From: Octopus sinensis | Taxonomy: Eukaryota | Assembly (NCBI RefSeq): GCF_006345805.1 | Contig: NC_043001.1 | Location: 44,206,001 to 44,270,000 of the forward strand | DNA length: 64,000 nt | Direction of reading: 5' to 3' | In this document: positions 37,558 to 50,127 of the stretch, one piece after another | Position numbering within the stretch: position 1 is the first letter of the stretch | Layout: each line of letters starts with the position of its first letter | Position numbers and translations under genes: made by a program | The notes under the pieces: generated by a model | Database searches by the model: none | Seen by the model: only the letters and a program-made list of their open reading frames with translations | What the model was told of the DNA's origin: nothing

Positions 37558-37984
37558 ACACGTTATAGGAAAAATAGATGTTGAAAATGCACTGAGAATA
37601 GTTAAAATTTTTGAAGCTTTAAACCGGTTTCACAGTTTACACTGATTATCAAAAAGTTCAAATAGAAAAACGTGGCTTATGTCCAGTTGTCTTGCTTCTG
37701 ACTAGTGTTTGAAGTTTGTCCTGTTCCTAAGACCAGTCATGTGACTATCCTCTGCCACTCAAATCCTATTGAAAACATATACTAATTTGAGCCATGAACT
37801 CCCTATAAAAACAGGGCAAATTTCAAACAATATTCAGAAGCAAGACGGCTGCGACATAAACTACGTCTTTCTTTTTAACTTTTTAAAAATCAGAGTAAAC
37901 TGAAACCTTCAAATATCTTAATAAAAATATTTTAACTATTCTCAGTGCATTTTCAAATTCTATTTTTTCTACATTTCTACCCGT
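37558..37984. repeat. Fold-back element with ~100-bp imperfect inverted arms
   Basis: TTGAAAATGCACTGAGAATAGTTAAAAT at about 37580 is inverted at about 37930-37960. Confidence 0.7.
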
Positions 37985-38138
37985 GTAGAATAAAATAACT
38001 TTGTTTTCTGTATACATACATACATACATACATACATACATACATACATACATACATACAAACACACACACACACACATACACACATATATATATAGATA
38101 CATATGTACATGCATACATACATTCATTCATACATACA

Positions 38139-38990
38139 TCTCTTATTATAAAAGGCAGATTTTATCTGCCTCCCTTTGTAACTTATAGAAATCTACAATA
38201 TAGGATTTCTTCAATTACAATTTACCTAGCATTTTTAAGAGTAGAATGCATCGGGTCATGCCAGGTCCAGTTTTTAAAATTTAAACTCCAATTAAGCAAA
38301 ATTTACAGAAAACTCACATTCTGGTGTGTATGTCAAATGCTTTTCTTAATGTGGTTTACACCACACGCACACGCACACACACAGTGTGCAACGAATAAAA
38401 TGAAAGTAAATAGCGACAGAGTGATTTGAGGAAGACTAAACTGAAAGTATTTAAACCACTACTCAAAAAAAAAAAAACACAGCAAACAGAAACAAATAAA
38501 TACATAACGATTTACTCCTCACACAATTTCTTCAATTAGAGTGTACCCATGATTTTTCAGAGTATTTCAGTGGGTGATGCCATAAAAATTTCTTTCAATT
38601 TTACCACCACAATTAAGACAAAATTCGAGAAAACTCAATATTTTAACATTTCACTCCGAAAGCATTGATGTACATGTGTGCGTGCGTGAGTGTGTGTGTG
38701 TCATTCCTCACACACACGCACACACATACATATATGAGAGTGGCAAACACAAACGTTTCAAACAACTACATACAAACACGTGTGTGTTTGTTATTAGTAA
38801 AAAAGGCGCCAAAACACAACTCACTTATCATTCCAACACATTTGCAAAGACACACGGACGGTGGAATTGCTATAACAATACAGAAAAGGTAAATTGGTTT
38901 TTATTTTACTCTGTATATATTTTATTATATAATATTATATATAGATATATGTATATATAATTGCAGTATGAAACAGTGTTTATGTATAAA
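38139..38990 (+). mobile_element. Helitron/Helentron-like element X, copy 1
   Basis: A|TCTCTTATTATAAAAGGCAG start with palindrome AGGCAGAT-TTT-ATCTGCCT; second, inverted copy at 40329-41027. Confidence 0.55.
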
Positions 38991-39013
38991 CAGACGACAC
39001 TTATATATAGTTA

Positions 39014-39405
39014 CTAGCAGTATCGCCCGGCGTTGCTCGGGTTTGTAAGGGAAATAACTATATAAGCATTTTTAGAGAGTTATAGCCAAAAAATAGCAAA
39101 AAATGCATTAAAAATTGAAAAAAAATTAAGGTAATTTTTTTAAAAATCGTTGACACATCGTAGATATTTTTAGAGAGTTACTTCCCTTATATAATAACGA
39201 AAAATATGCATTAAAATGGAAAAATATGATGGTAAATTTTTTTTAAATCGTAGACTCATCGTAGACGCTAATACCCAGAAGGGCTCGATATGAATCACGA
39301 CTATAAGATACCCGCTTTTGGTTAAACTACACCGCAAAATGTGGGAGTAGTTACGAATCTAAATCGTAGGAGACAGACACACAACTTCACTCTTATATAT
39401 AAAGA
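39014..39405 (-). mobile_element. Non-autonomous Helitron-like element
   Basis: 5' TC at 39405, 3' CTAG at 39017-39014, subterminal hairpin CCCG-AGCAACGC-CGGG, A|T target site. Confidence 0.8.
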
Positions 39406-39515
39406 TATAAGCCACGTAGTTATATACACATACTTTGTTATATACACATTCTTAAAAGAAAATGTTATTTTGAACACAAAATTACAAAGAATAAAATATT
39501 TTTTGGTTTTTCTAA

Positions 39516-40328
39516 CCCTTTCGTTACTATATTTCTGACTAAAATACACCCCTTATGTGTTTCAATTAATTTCTAACGTAATCATAAATTTAGTCTGGTT
39601 TCATTAAAACACTATAACTTTTTTATTTATGAATACATTAATCTGATTTTTGGAAGATAATTTAGTGAAATGTTCTCAACCAATTCTATACTATAATTTT
39701 TGTCATAAAGTGACTCTAATTGCAGGTAGATACAGGTAAATTCAAAAATATATAAAATTATTAAAATTTTGTTCAAACATCGTTATAGAAAATGGGTTAT
39801 TAGCTAATATTCAATTGGGTATACAACAAAATTTTACGATAGAATTGTTATTTTTCTGGGAACTTTCTAATACCCATAATAATATTTATGGCAAAATAGG
39901 CCTTAATTTCATTTAAGGTTGTGGGAAATAACAAACTATCGTTTCTTTCGCTTTGTTTAGGTTGAGATCAAATACCACATGCTTTTTTTTTCAGTCATAG
40001 AGTTAGATTTATGAAGGTCTTCAGTAGAAAATCCTTCGAATTCTGACTCGCTGCTTGATATAATGAAATTCGTATCCATTTTTTGTCAGAATTACAAATT
40101 TTGAAAACACAATAGGAACAAATTTCGGAAAAAAATCTCCCATAATTCACGGAATTAAAATTACACTTCGATTTTTGTACAAAACTGTAGTTGAACTGTT
40201 TACGAAGTATAATACGTGTTTTCACGAATGTTCTAAAGAGATTTACTCTGATATTCTCATTTAAATATGAATAGGTAAATTCGGGCGGCTTGGTCACATT
40301 AACCAAAATTTTTTTCGGGCGGTTTGGT
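39516..40328 (-). mobile_element. piggyBac non-autonomous copy 2 (larger internal deletion; left TIR truncated)
   Basis: Begins ctaa|CCCTTTCGTTAC; near-identical to 1-808 but lacks ~250 bp of the transposase region; ends gggcggtttggt without the last 10 nt of the TIR. Confidence 0.85.
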
Positions 40329-41027
40329 GCAATTATATATACATATATCTATATATAATATTATGTAATAAAATATATACAGAGTAAAATAAAAACCAAT
40401 TTACCTTTTCTGTATTGTTATTCGACCGTCCGTGTGTCTTTGAAATGTGTTGGAATGATAAGTGAGTTGTGTTTTGGCGCCTTTTTTTTTACTAATAACA
40501 AACACACACGTGTTTGTATGTAGTTGTTTGAAACGTTTGTGTTTGCCACTCTCATATATGTATGTGTATGCGTGTGTGTGAGGAATGACACACACACACT
40601 CACGCACGCACACATGTACATCAATGCTTTTATGAGTGTCATAGAGAGAAACAAATATTACATCGCTATCGCCATAGCCATCGCCATCGCCATAGCCATC
40701 GCCATCGCCATAGCCATCGCCATCGCATTCTATTTTCTACCTGTCAACACAGTGAATTAGTTTCAGTTTATTCATTGCACACTGTGTGTGTGCGTTTGCG
40801 TGTGCTGTAAACCAGACTAAGAAAAGCATTTGACACACACACCAGAATGTGAGTTTTCTGTAAATTTTGCTTAATTGGAGTTTAAATTTTAAAAACTGGA
40901 GCTGGCATGACGCGATGCATTGTACTCTTAAAAATGCTAGGTAAATTGTAATTGAAGAAATCCTATATTGTAGATTTGTATAACTCCCAAAGGGAGGCAG
41001 ATAAAATCTGCCTTTTATAATAAGAGA
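40329..41027 (-). mobile_element. Helitron/Helentron-like element X, copy 2
   Basis: Reverse complement of 38139-38420 and 38660-38960, with an unrelated central segment. Confidence 0.55.
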
Positions 41028-41065
41028 TTATAATAAGAGATTAATAAATGTATGCATCCGTTTAA

Positions 41066-41391
41066 CCCTTTCGTTACCAAACCGCCCGAATTTACCTATT
41101 CATATTTAAATGAGAATATCAGAGCAAATCTCTTTAGTACATTCGTGAAAACACGTATTATACTTCGTAAACACTTCAACTACAGTTTTGTACAAAAATC
41201 GAAGTGTAACTTTAATTCCGTGAATTATGGGAGATTTTTTTCCGAAATTTGTTCCTATTGTGTTTTCAAAATTTGTAATTCTGACAAAAAATGGATACGA
41301 ATTTCATTATATCAAGCAGCGAGTCAGAATTCGAAGGATTTTCTACTGAAGACCTTCATAAATCTAATTCTATGACTGAAAAAAAAAAGCA
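41066..41391 (+). mobile_element. piggyBac left-end fragment, copy 3
   Basis: TTAA at 41062-41065 then CCCTTTCGTTACCAAACCGCCCG; reverse complement of 40000-40328; interrupted by a Helitron at A|TC. Confidence 0.85.
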
Positions 41392-41878
41392 TCTTTATAT
41401 AAGAGTGAAGTTGTGTGTCTGTCTCCTACGATTTAGATTCGTAATTACTCCCACATTTTGCGGTGCAGTTTAACCAAAAGCGGGTATCTTATAGTCGTGA
41501 TTCATATCGAGCCCTTCTGGGTATTAGCGCGCGTCTACGATTTAAAAAAAAATTACCATCATATTTTTCCATTTTAATGCATTTTTTTCGCTTTTATATA
41601 AGGGAAGTAACTCTCTAAAAATATCTACGATGTGTCAACGATTTAAAAAAAAATTACCATCATATTTTTCCATTTTAATGCATTTTTTTCGCTTTTATAT
41701 AAGGGAAGTAACTCTCTAAAAATATCTACGATGTGTCAACGATTTAAAAAAAAAATTTACCTTAATTTTTTTTCAATTTTTAATGCATTTTTTTGCTATT
41801 TTTTGGCTATAACTCTCTAAAAATGCTTATATAGTTATTTCCCTTACAAACCCGAGCAACGCCGGGCGATACTGCTAG
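41392..41878 (+). mobile_element. Non-autonomous Helitron-like element (same family, with ~100-bp internal tandem duplication)
   Basis: A|TC start, CCCGAGCAACGCCGGG hairpin at 41851-41866, CTAG|T end; internal direct repeat at about 41540-41750. Confidence 0.8.
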
Positions 41879-42230
41879 TACATATATATATATGTATATA
41901 CATATTCATATATATATACATATATATATATACACACACACATACACACACATATATATACATACAAATTTGTGTGTGTATGTGTGTATGTGTATGCGTG
42001 TGACTGTGAATGCGCGCGTGTGCTTATGCATAAAATTGATGATTCTTTCTATAGCTACTCGGTGTTTTTCATGCGATGCGTTCAGTTGATGTATAGAAGG
42101 TCACTGATGTATGTATGTATGTATGTATGAATGGAGAAAAACGATCTTTGAGCCTGACGAGTCGCCGACGAAGTTAAGCGTATAACAGGTGCGAAACCAA
42201 CAGTCACTCTCTGACCGATTATAACAAACT

Positions 42231-42277
<47 letters not shown>

Positions 42278-42959
42278 ATACATACTAGCATTATGACCCG
42301 CCGTTGCCGGGTCATAGTGCTTGTGCATGTATATATGTGTATATACAGTTGCGGCCAAAATGTTCAGAACGGCATTGTTTTCGTCAGAAAAGTAGATATA
42401 ATTTTTTATCAAAGTTGTTTTATATTCTATAATTTTCACAGACAATAAATACGATATTATTCTTTCAGTTTCAGTCTACCAAATCCACTCATAAACCCTT
42501 GTTCGGCCCGAGGTTAATAAGTAGAAGATATCTGCCCAAGGTGCCACGCAGTGGTACTGAACTCGGAACCATATGGCTGGGAAGTAGGCTTCATACCACA
42601 CAGCCACGCCTGAGCCTATAGATATAAAAAGAAAAATAATAAAGATAATGCGCTTACAGCCGGACTACTTTTGATTATAGGTCTGCTAGATTTACTTGAT
42701 CAGAGCTGTCCTGGGGTTAAACAACCAGATGAACCGAATCTCATGTTCCAGATCCCAGAGTGTATTCTTTCTTCATTGATCACTTACCAGAACGGTCACC
42801 ACTTCCTAGGATTCTTCTGCTCCGCCTCCCGCCCCTAGTTTCCAGCAAACATCGAAATACACGGCTTGAAAGTGAACGTCAGTCACATCGATCAGATCAG
42901 TCAAGGAGGGCATCCAAAGGTCATTGGCAGTGGGTCTGCTTGATTGATTGATATCAATA

Positions 42960-43520
42960 CATATTCAAGATACACACACACACACACAGACACACGCGCG
43001 CGCGCACACACGCATACTTTCATACATACATAGAAATATATATATATATATATATATAAATACATATACATATGCATATATGTGTATGTGCATGCGTGTA
43101 TACAATGTATGCATACTATACATATACATGTATACATACATATACATATATATGTATTTATATATATATATAATATATATATATTATACATATACATATG
43201 TACATATATATATACATATACATATATACATATATATTATATATTATATATATATATATTATATATATATATATATATATTATATATATTATATATATAT
43301 ATATACATATGTACATATATATATATGTACTCACACACACATATATATATACATATGTACATATAGATATACATATATATATATATATATATACATATAT
43401 ACATATACAGATATACATATATATGCACACATATATATATATATATATATGCATATATATACATATATATATACATATACATATATATACATATATATAC
43501 ATACATATACATATATATAT

Positions 43521-43569
<49 letters not shown>

Positions 43570-43742
43570 CACACATATATATAATATATATATATATACA
43601 TATATATATATACATACATATATATATACATATATATTATATATATTATACATATACATATACATACATATATATATATACATATACATATATATATAGA
43701 TATACATACATATACATATGTATGTATGTATGTATAATTACA

Positions 43743-43788
<46 letters not shown>

Positions 43789-43845
43789 TATACATATATA
43801 TTATACATATACATATATATACATATATATATATATATCATATAC

Positions 43846-43878
<33 letters not shown>

Positions 43879-43895
43879 GATATACATACATATAC

Positions 43896-43926
<31 letters not shown>

Positions 43927-44350
43927 TGTATGTATGTATGTATGTATGTATGTATGTGTGTGTGTATCTGTGTGTGTCTGCAAACAAATTTGTGTGTATA
44001 TACACACATGTATACTCACACATAAGTATAGATATATGTACACGTACATATAATACTTATTTGGAAAGTGCTATTTGGAACGGTGACGATAACACACGCC
44101 CATACCTACCTACCTACCTACCTACCTACCTACATACTTACATACACATGTATATATAATATATATATATATATATATACACATACATATTTATACATAG
44201 AAATAAACAGGTATAATCGTCTTCTAAGAGTTATACGTTCTTGTCCATGTTGTATTTTTCTACATACCTTAATATATATATATATATATACATGAATGTA
44301 TATGTATGTACACACACACAAACACACATACATAATGTAATTAGACATTT
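42960..44350. repeat. ~1.4-kb (AT)/(AC)/(ATAC) microsatellite complex
   Basis: Directly visible; source of the spurious 403-aa YI-rich ORF. Confidence 0.95.
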
Positions 44351-44481
44351 TTTGTATCTCTGCGTTTTAACTAATTAATCGCTCTAGTCTCGATATTTTC
44401 GCTTTTTATTGAGTCTTTTCGCTAATTCGTTCTGCATGATAAAATAATTCTCAACATCAATGCAAAGTATTTATTCACTAC

Positions 44482-44561
<80 letters not shown>

Positions 44562-44660
44562 GTCTTTTTCCCCCTCTCATGCTATATACACATACATATA
44601 CACATGCACACATACATACGTACACACTGACGCTCCTACATATATCCATACATACATACA

Positions 44661-44694
<34 letters not shown>

Positions 44695-44999
44695 CTACAG
44701 ATTATCCAATCTACAGTACACACACACAAACACATACAGGTAAGCATACACACATACACATTGATACATACACGCTCATACGTGCGCGCACACATTGACT
44801 GGAATCAGTCAGTTTCGACGATGAGTACGTCGTTTCTTTCGGCAATTAAACTGCATACTTGGTGAACACCAAGGACAAGTACCCTCTCCAATTCCTTTTC
44901 TCCAACTCACGTGTCTACACTCAGAGCGGTACTATTCCACTCTTGCCATTTTCGCAAGTTTTATCCGCTTCTCAATAAATTCACCAATCTTTTCTACTG

Positions 45000-46545
45000 T
45001 AAGTACAAGGCTTGAAATTTTGCAGGTGTAAGGGACTCGTCAATTACATTGACTCTAGTGTCCAACCGGTACTGATTTCATCGACCCCAAAATGTATGAA
45101 GGGCAAAGTCGGTCTTGGCAGAATTTTAAACTCAGAACGTAAGGAACCGGATGAAATGCTGCTACTTATTTTGTCTGAAGAGTTAACGATTTTACAAGTT
45201 CACAGCCTAAAATCTTTCTAATTTTGGCACAAGGTCAGTACCGTAAATTCTCGAGTATAGTCCGCCCTTGAGTATAATTCGCAGGGGATTTTTAGGGGGC
45301 TGTACTTCTGAAAAACTTAAACCTTGTGTATAATACGCACCCCTTCTCTAACTTGAGTCAAGGGGGTCTATATAACGTCCTTGGTTTGTAAAAATGTATA
45401 CGGTAACGTCCTTTATTATTATTGTATATATAACATAATGCAAACGTGTAGCTTTTTTGTGCATTTTGTTTGCAGAAAATAAAGAAATAACAGTAATAAC
45501 GTTTAATAAATGTTGCTTACTGCAAGTTATGGATGATTCTTTTATGCCTTCATTGCTTTCAGGCTTAGCTTTGGGTATTTTCGCTCCCGACATCACAAAA
45601 TACGTCTGAATAAACATTGCCGAACAGCAAATAGAGAATTGAACATTGCTTAGAGAAAATATTCATTTTTAACCTCGTGTATAATACGCACTAGGGATTT
45701 TGACCTTTAAATTTTGGGGGAAAATGCAGATTATACTCGAGGATTTACGGCAATTTTAGGTGAAAGGCAAGTCGATTACATGGACTCCAGTACTTGATCG
45801 GTACTTAATTTTATCGAAGTCGGAAGGATGAAAGATAAATTTGATCTCGGCGTTATTTAACTTAGAGTGCAAAGAATTTGAAGTTAGAATTGCCGCTACT
45901 CATTGCGTTAGGCGCACTAACGATTCTAGTAATCCACCGCCCAAAAAACAATTGTTCAGTAATTCTGAAGTGAGAGTAGGGGCTTAGTCGATGTACTTGA
46001 TCTAGTACTTGTTATATTTTATCGACACTTGTGGGATAAAAGGCAAAGCTGACCTCCGTGGGATTTGATACCAGAACGTATAGAGCTGGAAGACACAGCA
46101 AAACACTTTTTGTGTCGCTCGCACCATCCTGCCAACTCAGAGCTTTTATGAATCTGATATTTTTTCCTTTCTATGTTCGGTACAAGGCTAGCAATTTTGA
46201 AGGGTGAATAAGTCGATTACATCGATCGAATTGTTCAGTTGGTACTATTTTATTGACCCCGAAAGGGATTCAAGGCAAAGTCGGCGAAATGTGAGCCCAG
46301 AACGTAAAACCGGAAGAAATATCGGGAGCCATTTTGTCTGGCTTTATGAACAAAATGCTTGGCAGCGTTTCGTTTGTCTTTACGTCATTACGTTCTGAGT
46401 TCAAATTCCGCCAAGGTCGACTATGCTTTTCATCCTTTCAGGGACGATAAAATAAATACCGACTGAATAATGCGGTCGATGTAATCGACCTAACCCCTTC
46501 CTTCGAATTTCTGGACCTGTGCCAAAATTTAAAACAATTATATAT
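45000..46545. mobile_element. Cluster of SINE family B copies in both orientations
   Basis: Repeated GTCGACC..GAATTTGAACTC cores on - (45000-46340) and + (46375-46545). Confidence 0.75.
45241..45750. mobile_element. pogo/Tigger-like MITE (510 bp) nested in a SINE
   Basis: TIRs CCGTAAATTCTCGAGTATA / TATACTCGAGGATTTACGG, TA on the left flank, internal direct repeats GTGTATAATACGCAC; it splits the SINE motif ggcacaagg-cagcaatttt. Confidence 0.8.
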
Positions 46546-46683
46546 ACACATGTATACACTAACATACACGCACATATACACACTTGCATGCATGCATCCG
46601 TCTATACACACGCACATTCATACATACAGACATGCATATACACAAACGCATAGTGTGTGAGTGTGTGTGTGTCTCTATGTTTG

Positions 46684-46716
<33 letters not shown>

Positions 46717-46815
46717 AGTACATATATACATACACAAGTAGATATATATATATATGTGTGTGTGTGTGTGATATATACATGCATATATATATGTATACGT
46801 GCTTATTATGTGTGC

Positions 46816-46873
<58 letters not shown>

Positions 46874-47377
46874 CGATACGCAAACACCCAGTGGGAAAGA
46901 GAGAGGAAGAAAGAAAAACAGAGGGAGAGAGAGAGAGAGAGAGGAAAGAAGAGAGGAGGAGGAGAAAGTTGGAGAAGTGGGGTGGGTGGGGGGTAAGGAG
47001 GAGTTTTTTTTTTTTTTCATCGCTCGTTCAATTGATGTTAGAAGTAACAGGATTGTTTCAGCGAGTCAATTGTTAGGTGTCAAGTTGCGGCAGTTGACTC
47101 AGCGGCAGTCTTTGATCTGCAGCTTTAATTATATATTTAATATTGTTGTTGTAACTTGTAATTGCATTTGCTGTACTTCTTGTTGTTGTTATTGTTGTTT
47201 TAAATGGCGGCGGCGGCAGTGGTGGTGGTTGTGGTTGTGGTTGTGGTGGTGGTTGTAGTTGTGGTGGAGGTGGAAGTTGTGGTGGAGGTGGTGGTGGTGG
47301 TGGTGGCGGTGGTGGTGGTGGCGGCGGCGGGGAAAGAATATTATTTAGCCCTGGGTCAACACTAATTACTCTTTTAC

Positions 47378-47785
47378 TCTTTTTACTCTTATACTTGTTT
47401 CAGTCATTTGACTGCGGCCATGCTGGAGCACCGCCTTTAGTCGAGCAAATCGACCCCGGGACTTATTCTTTTTGTAAGCCCCAGTACTTATTCTATCGGT
47501 CTCTTATGCCGAACCGCTAAGTGACGGGGACGTAAACACACCAGCATCGGTTGTCAAGCAATGCTAGGGGAACAAACAGAGACACGCAAACACATACACA
47601 CACACACATATATATATACATATATACGACAGGCTTCTTTCAGTTTCCGTCTACCAAATCCACTCACAAGGCATTGGTCGGCCCGGGGCTATAGCAGAAG
47701 ACACTTGCCCAAGATGCCACGCAGTGGGACTGAACCCGGAACCATGTGGTTGGTTAGCAAGCTACTTACCACACAGCCACTCCTG
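47378..47785 (-). mobile_element. SINE family A, CpG-rich intact copy (a partial copy follows at 47820-48060)
   Basis: Complete head-to-tail structure with CpGs retained. Confidence 0.9.
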
Positions 47786-48189
47786 TGCCTAATTGAGTAA
47801 AATCCATGTTTTTTTTAAAAATCTTTTACTTGTTTCAGTCATTGGACTGCGACCATGCTGGGGCACTGCCATGAAGGGTTTTTAAGTCGAACAGATCGAC
47901 TGCAGTACTTGTTCTTGTTTTGTTTTTGTTTTGTATTTGGTTTTGTTTCTGTTTTTTTTTGTTTGTTTTTAAAGTCTGTTACTTGTTCTATCGGACTATT
48001 ATTCCAAACCGCTAAGTTATGGAGACGTAAATGAACCAACACTGGTTGTTAAGCGGTGATGAGGGACAAACGACACAAATACACAGATGTGCACACGCTT
48101 ATGATATGCGTATGTGTACATACATATATATATATATATACACGCACATATGTATGTGTGTACGTATGTGTGTGTATATATATATATAT

Positions 48190-49358
48190 GTTTGTTTGTT
48201 TGGCATCCTTTCTGTCTCGGGAGACAATGGAGTTGCGCATTTTTTTTTTTTTTTTTTTTTCTAGGTCTAGTCCGGCTGTTATATTTTATTTCCTGTTACA
48301 TTTCTTGCTGTGGCTGTGTAGTCCTATCCTGGACAAACACTCCCTCTGGCAGGTACTGCAAATGTAGCGAAGACTGTTCCTGGCTGGTTTTAGTGCCATG
48401 GTCTCTTGTTTATGTCTCTTCCTTTCTTTCCATTTCTCCTCTCTCTTTCTGTCACTCCTCTGTATACCCTCTTTTACTGTACGTCGCCATTCTCCACGGT
48501 TGCCGGCGACTGCCTCCCAACCGCTAATGTTGATGTTGCAGGCCTTCATATCCCTTTTGCAAACATCCTTGTAACGTCTCCTGCAGCCCAGCAATATCTA
48601 TGTTGAGCCTCTTTAGTTCACGGTCAATGATGGCCGTTTTCCTTGTGTCTTCAATACTGAGAAGATCGTCAGATATTCCAGGACACATGGTCCTGACATT
48701 CCAGCTTGCCAACTGCAGAACTGGTGTTTTCTTGAATTTTAGTTGCTTGCCTGGTGCAGAGGTTGCAGGCCGCTTTTCGAGTCGTACTCTTAGCTCCAAG
48801 CACCCAATGGAACAGGCGGCTTGTGGCGGGTCAGCACCTTATTAACTGGGGGCTGCCCAGCTTGAGGTGGCAGTAGCTAACCAATAGGACACGGAAGTCC
48901 CTCCCACCGGCAGAGGTAACCCGTAGCGTCCATATTTCACGCCAATCTGAATGGACTTATCACTCGTAACTGTTACCTCCCGTGTTGTTTCTGCAGCTTT
49001 TTACAGCAGCACTGAAGTGTCCTCTCTAGTTTTGCGCAGGCCTGGGCTATAGATAAGAAAGTCCTGGGTAGCCCAATCGTCAGGTTTCCTCTCTCGACCT
49101 TGCTGATGTAGTCCAGTGGAGTGCAGTGCATTACGTTTGGCACCAGCTTGGTTGCAGGAGCTGCCGGAAGAGTGTCGAATCGAACACTAGACCGCCTTTG
49201 GGGCTCCACTCCGGATTTCATTGAAGGTTGTCTCCTTTCCGTAACCCTGGATAGGGGCCCATACCGGGTACTGTCAGCCGGAGCCAGCTGAGCCCGGAAC
49301 TCGTGTCAGGCAGGGTCGTCACTCCCTGAAGTAGTGAAGAAGTTCGCTACCCACTACC
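48190..49358 (-). mobile_element. Internally deleted (bipartite) RTE/BovB-like element
   Basis: 5' UTR plus the endonuclease N-terminus (LASWNVRTM..IDIAGLQET) is fused at about 48575-48586 to the ORF C-terminus (RYKDVCKRD..WEAVAGNRGEWR..CSTCQRECLSRIGLHSH). 3' hairpin TGTCTC-CC-GAGACA and (CAAA)n tail. Confidence 0.85.
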
Positions 49359-50127
49359 TTTTCAAGTAATGTTAAATTATTCTTACGGTTTTTTTTTTTA
49401 TCTCTCTATTCTCTCCCCTTCCCACTTCCCTCCTAGTGATATTGCTGCTTCTACTACAACTGCTGCTGCTGATGATGATGGTGAATATTAGTGGTTGAAA
49501 TTTAACATAGGCAAAAAAAACAAAAAAACCGTAATAATAATATATATGTATACACATACATACATACATACATACATACATACATACATACATACATACA
49601 TACATACGTGTGTGTGTGTGACGGGTTTCTTTCGGTTTCCGTCTACCAACTCCACTCACATGGTTCTGGCCCAGAGATATAGAAGACACTTATTCAAAGT
49701 GCTGCACAACGGGACTGAACCAGAAACCACATGGTTGAGAAGTAAGATTCTTATCCACACAGGCACATCTGCGCTTATGAAGAAAATACGCGACCCAACC
49801 ATGGCCATCTTATCTTTTTCTTTCTGTTTTTCTTCCGACTGTTTACAGAGAGCAACATTTTCCAAATGTGTCTTTGATTCTAGACAAATTTGGCTGCTAT
49901 TTCTAGCCCTAGTTGTGCGCAATATTATTACTGTTGTTGTTGTTATTCATATTGCTTTTCATCTTATGATGTAGCTGTTTTATTGATTTTGTGTGTGTGA
50001 GGGGGATCTGATGATTTGTTTATAATTGTTCTTGTCGTTGTCGTCATCGTTACTGACCTTGTTATTAGAGATAGTAGTGGTAGCAGTAATTATGGTGTGA
50101 TTGTATACTAATTATTATGATTGTTGG

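Noticed and set aside
42948-44159. 403-aa ORF and the many YI/HT/CV-rich ORFs
   Set aside because: Translations of (AT)/(AC)/(ATAC) microsatellites; no coding complexity.
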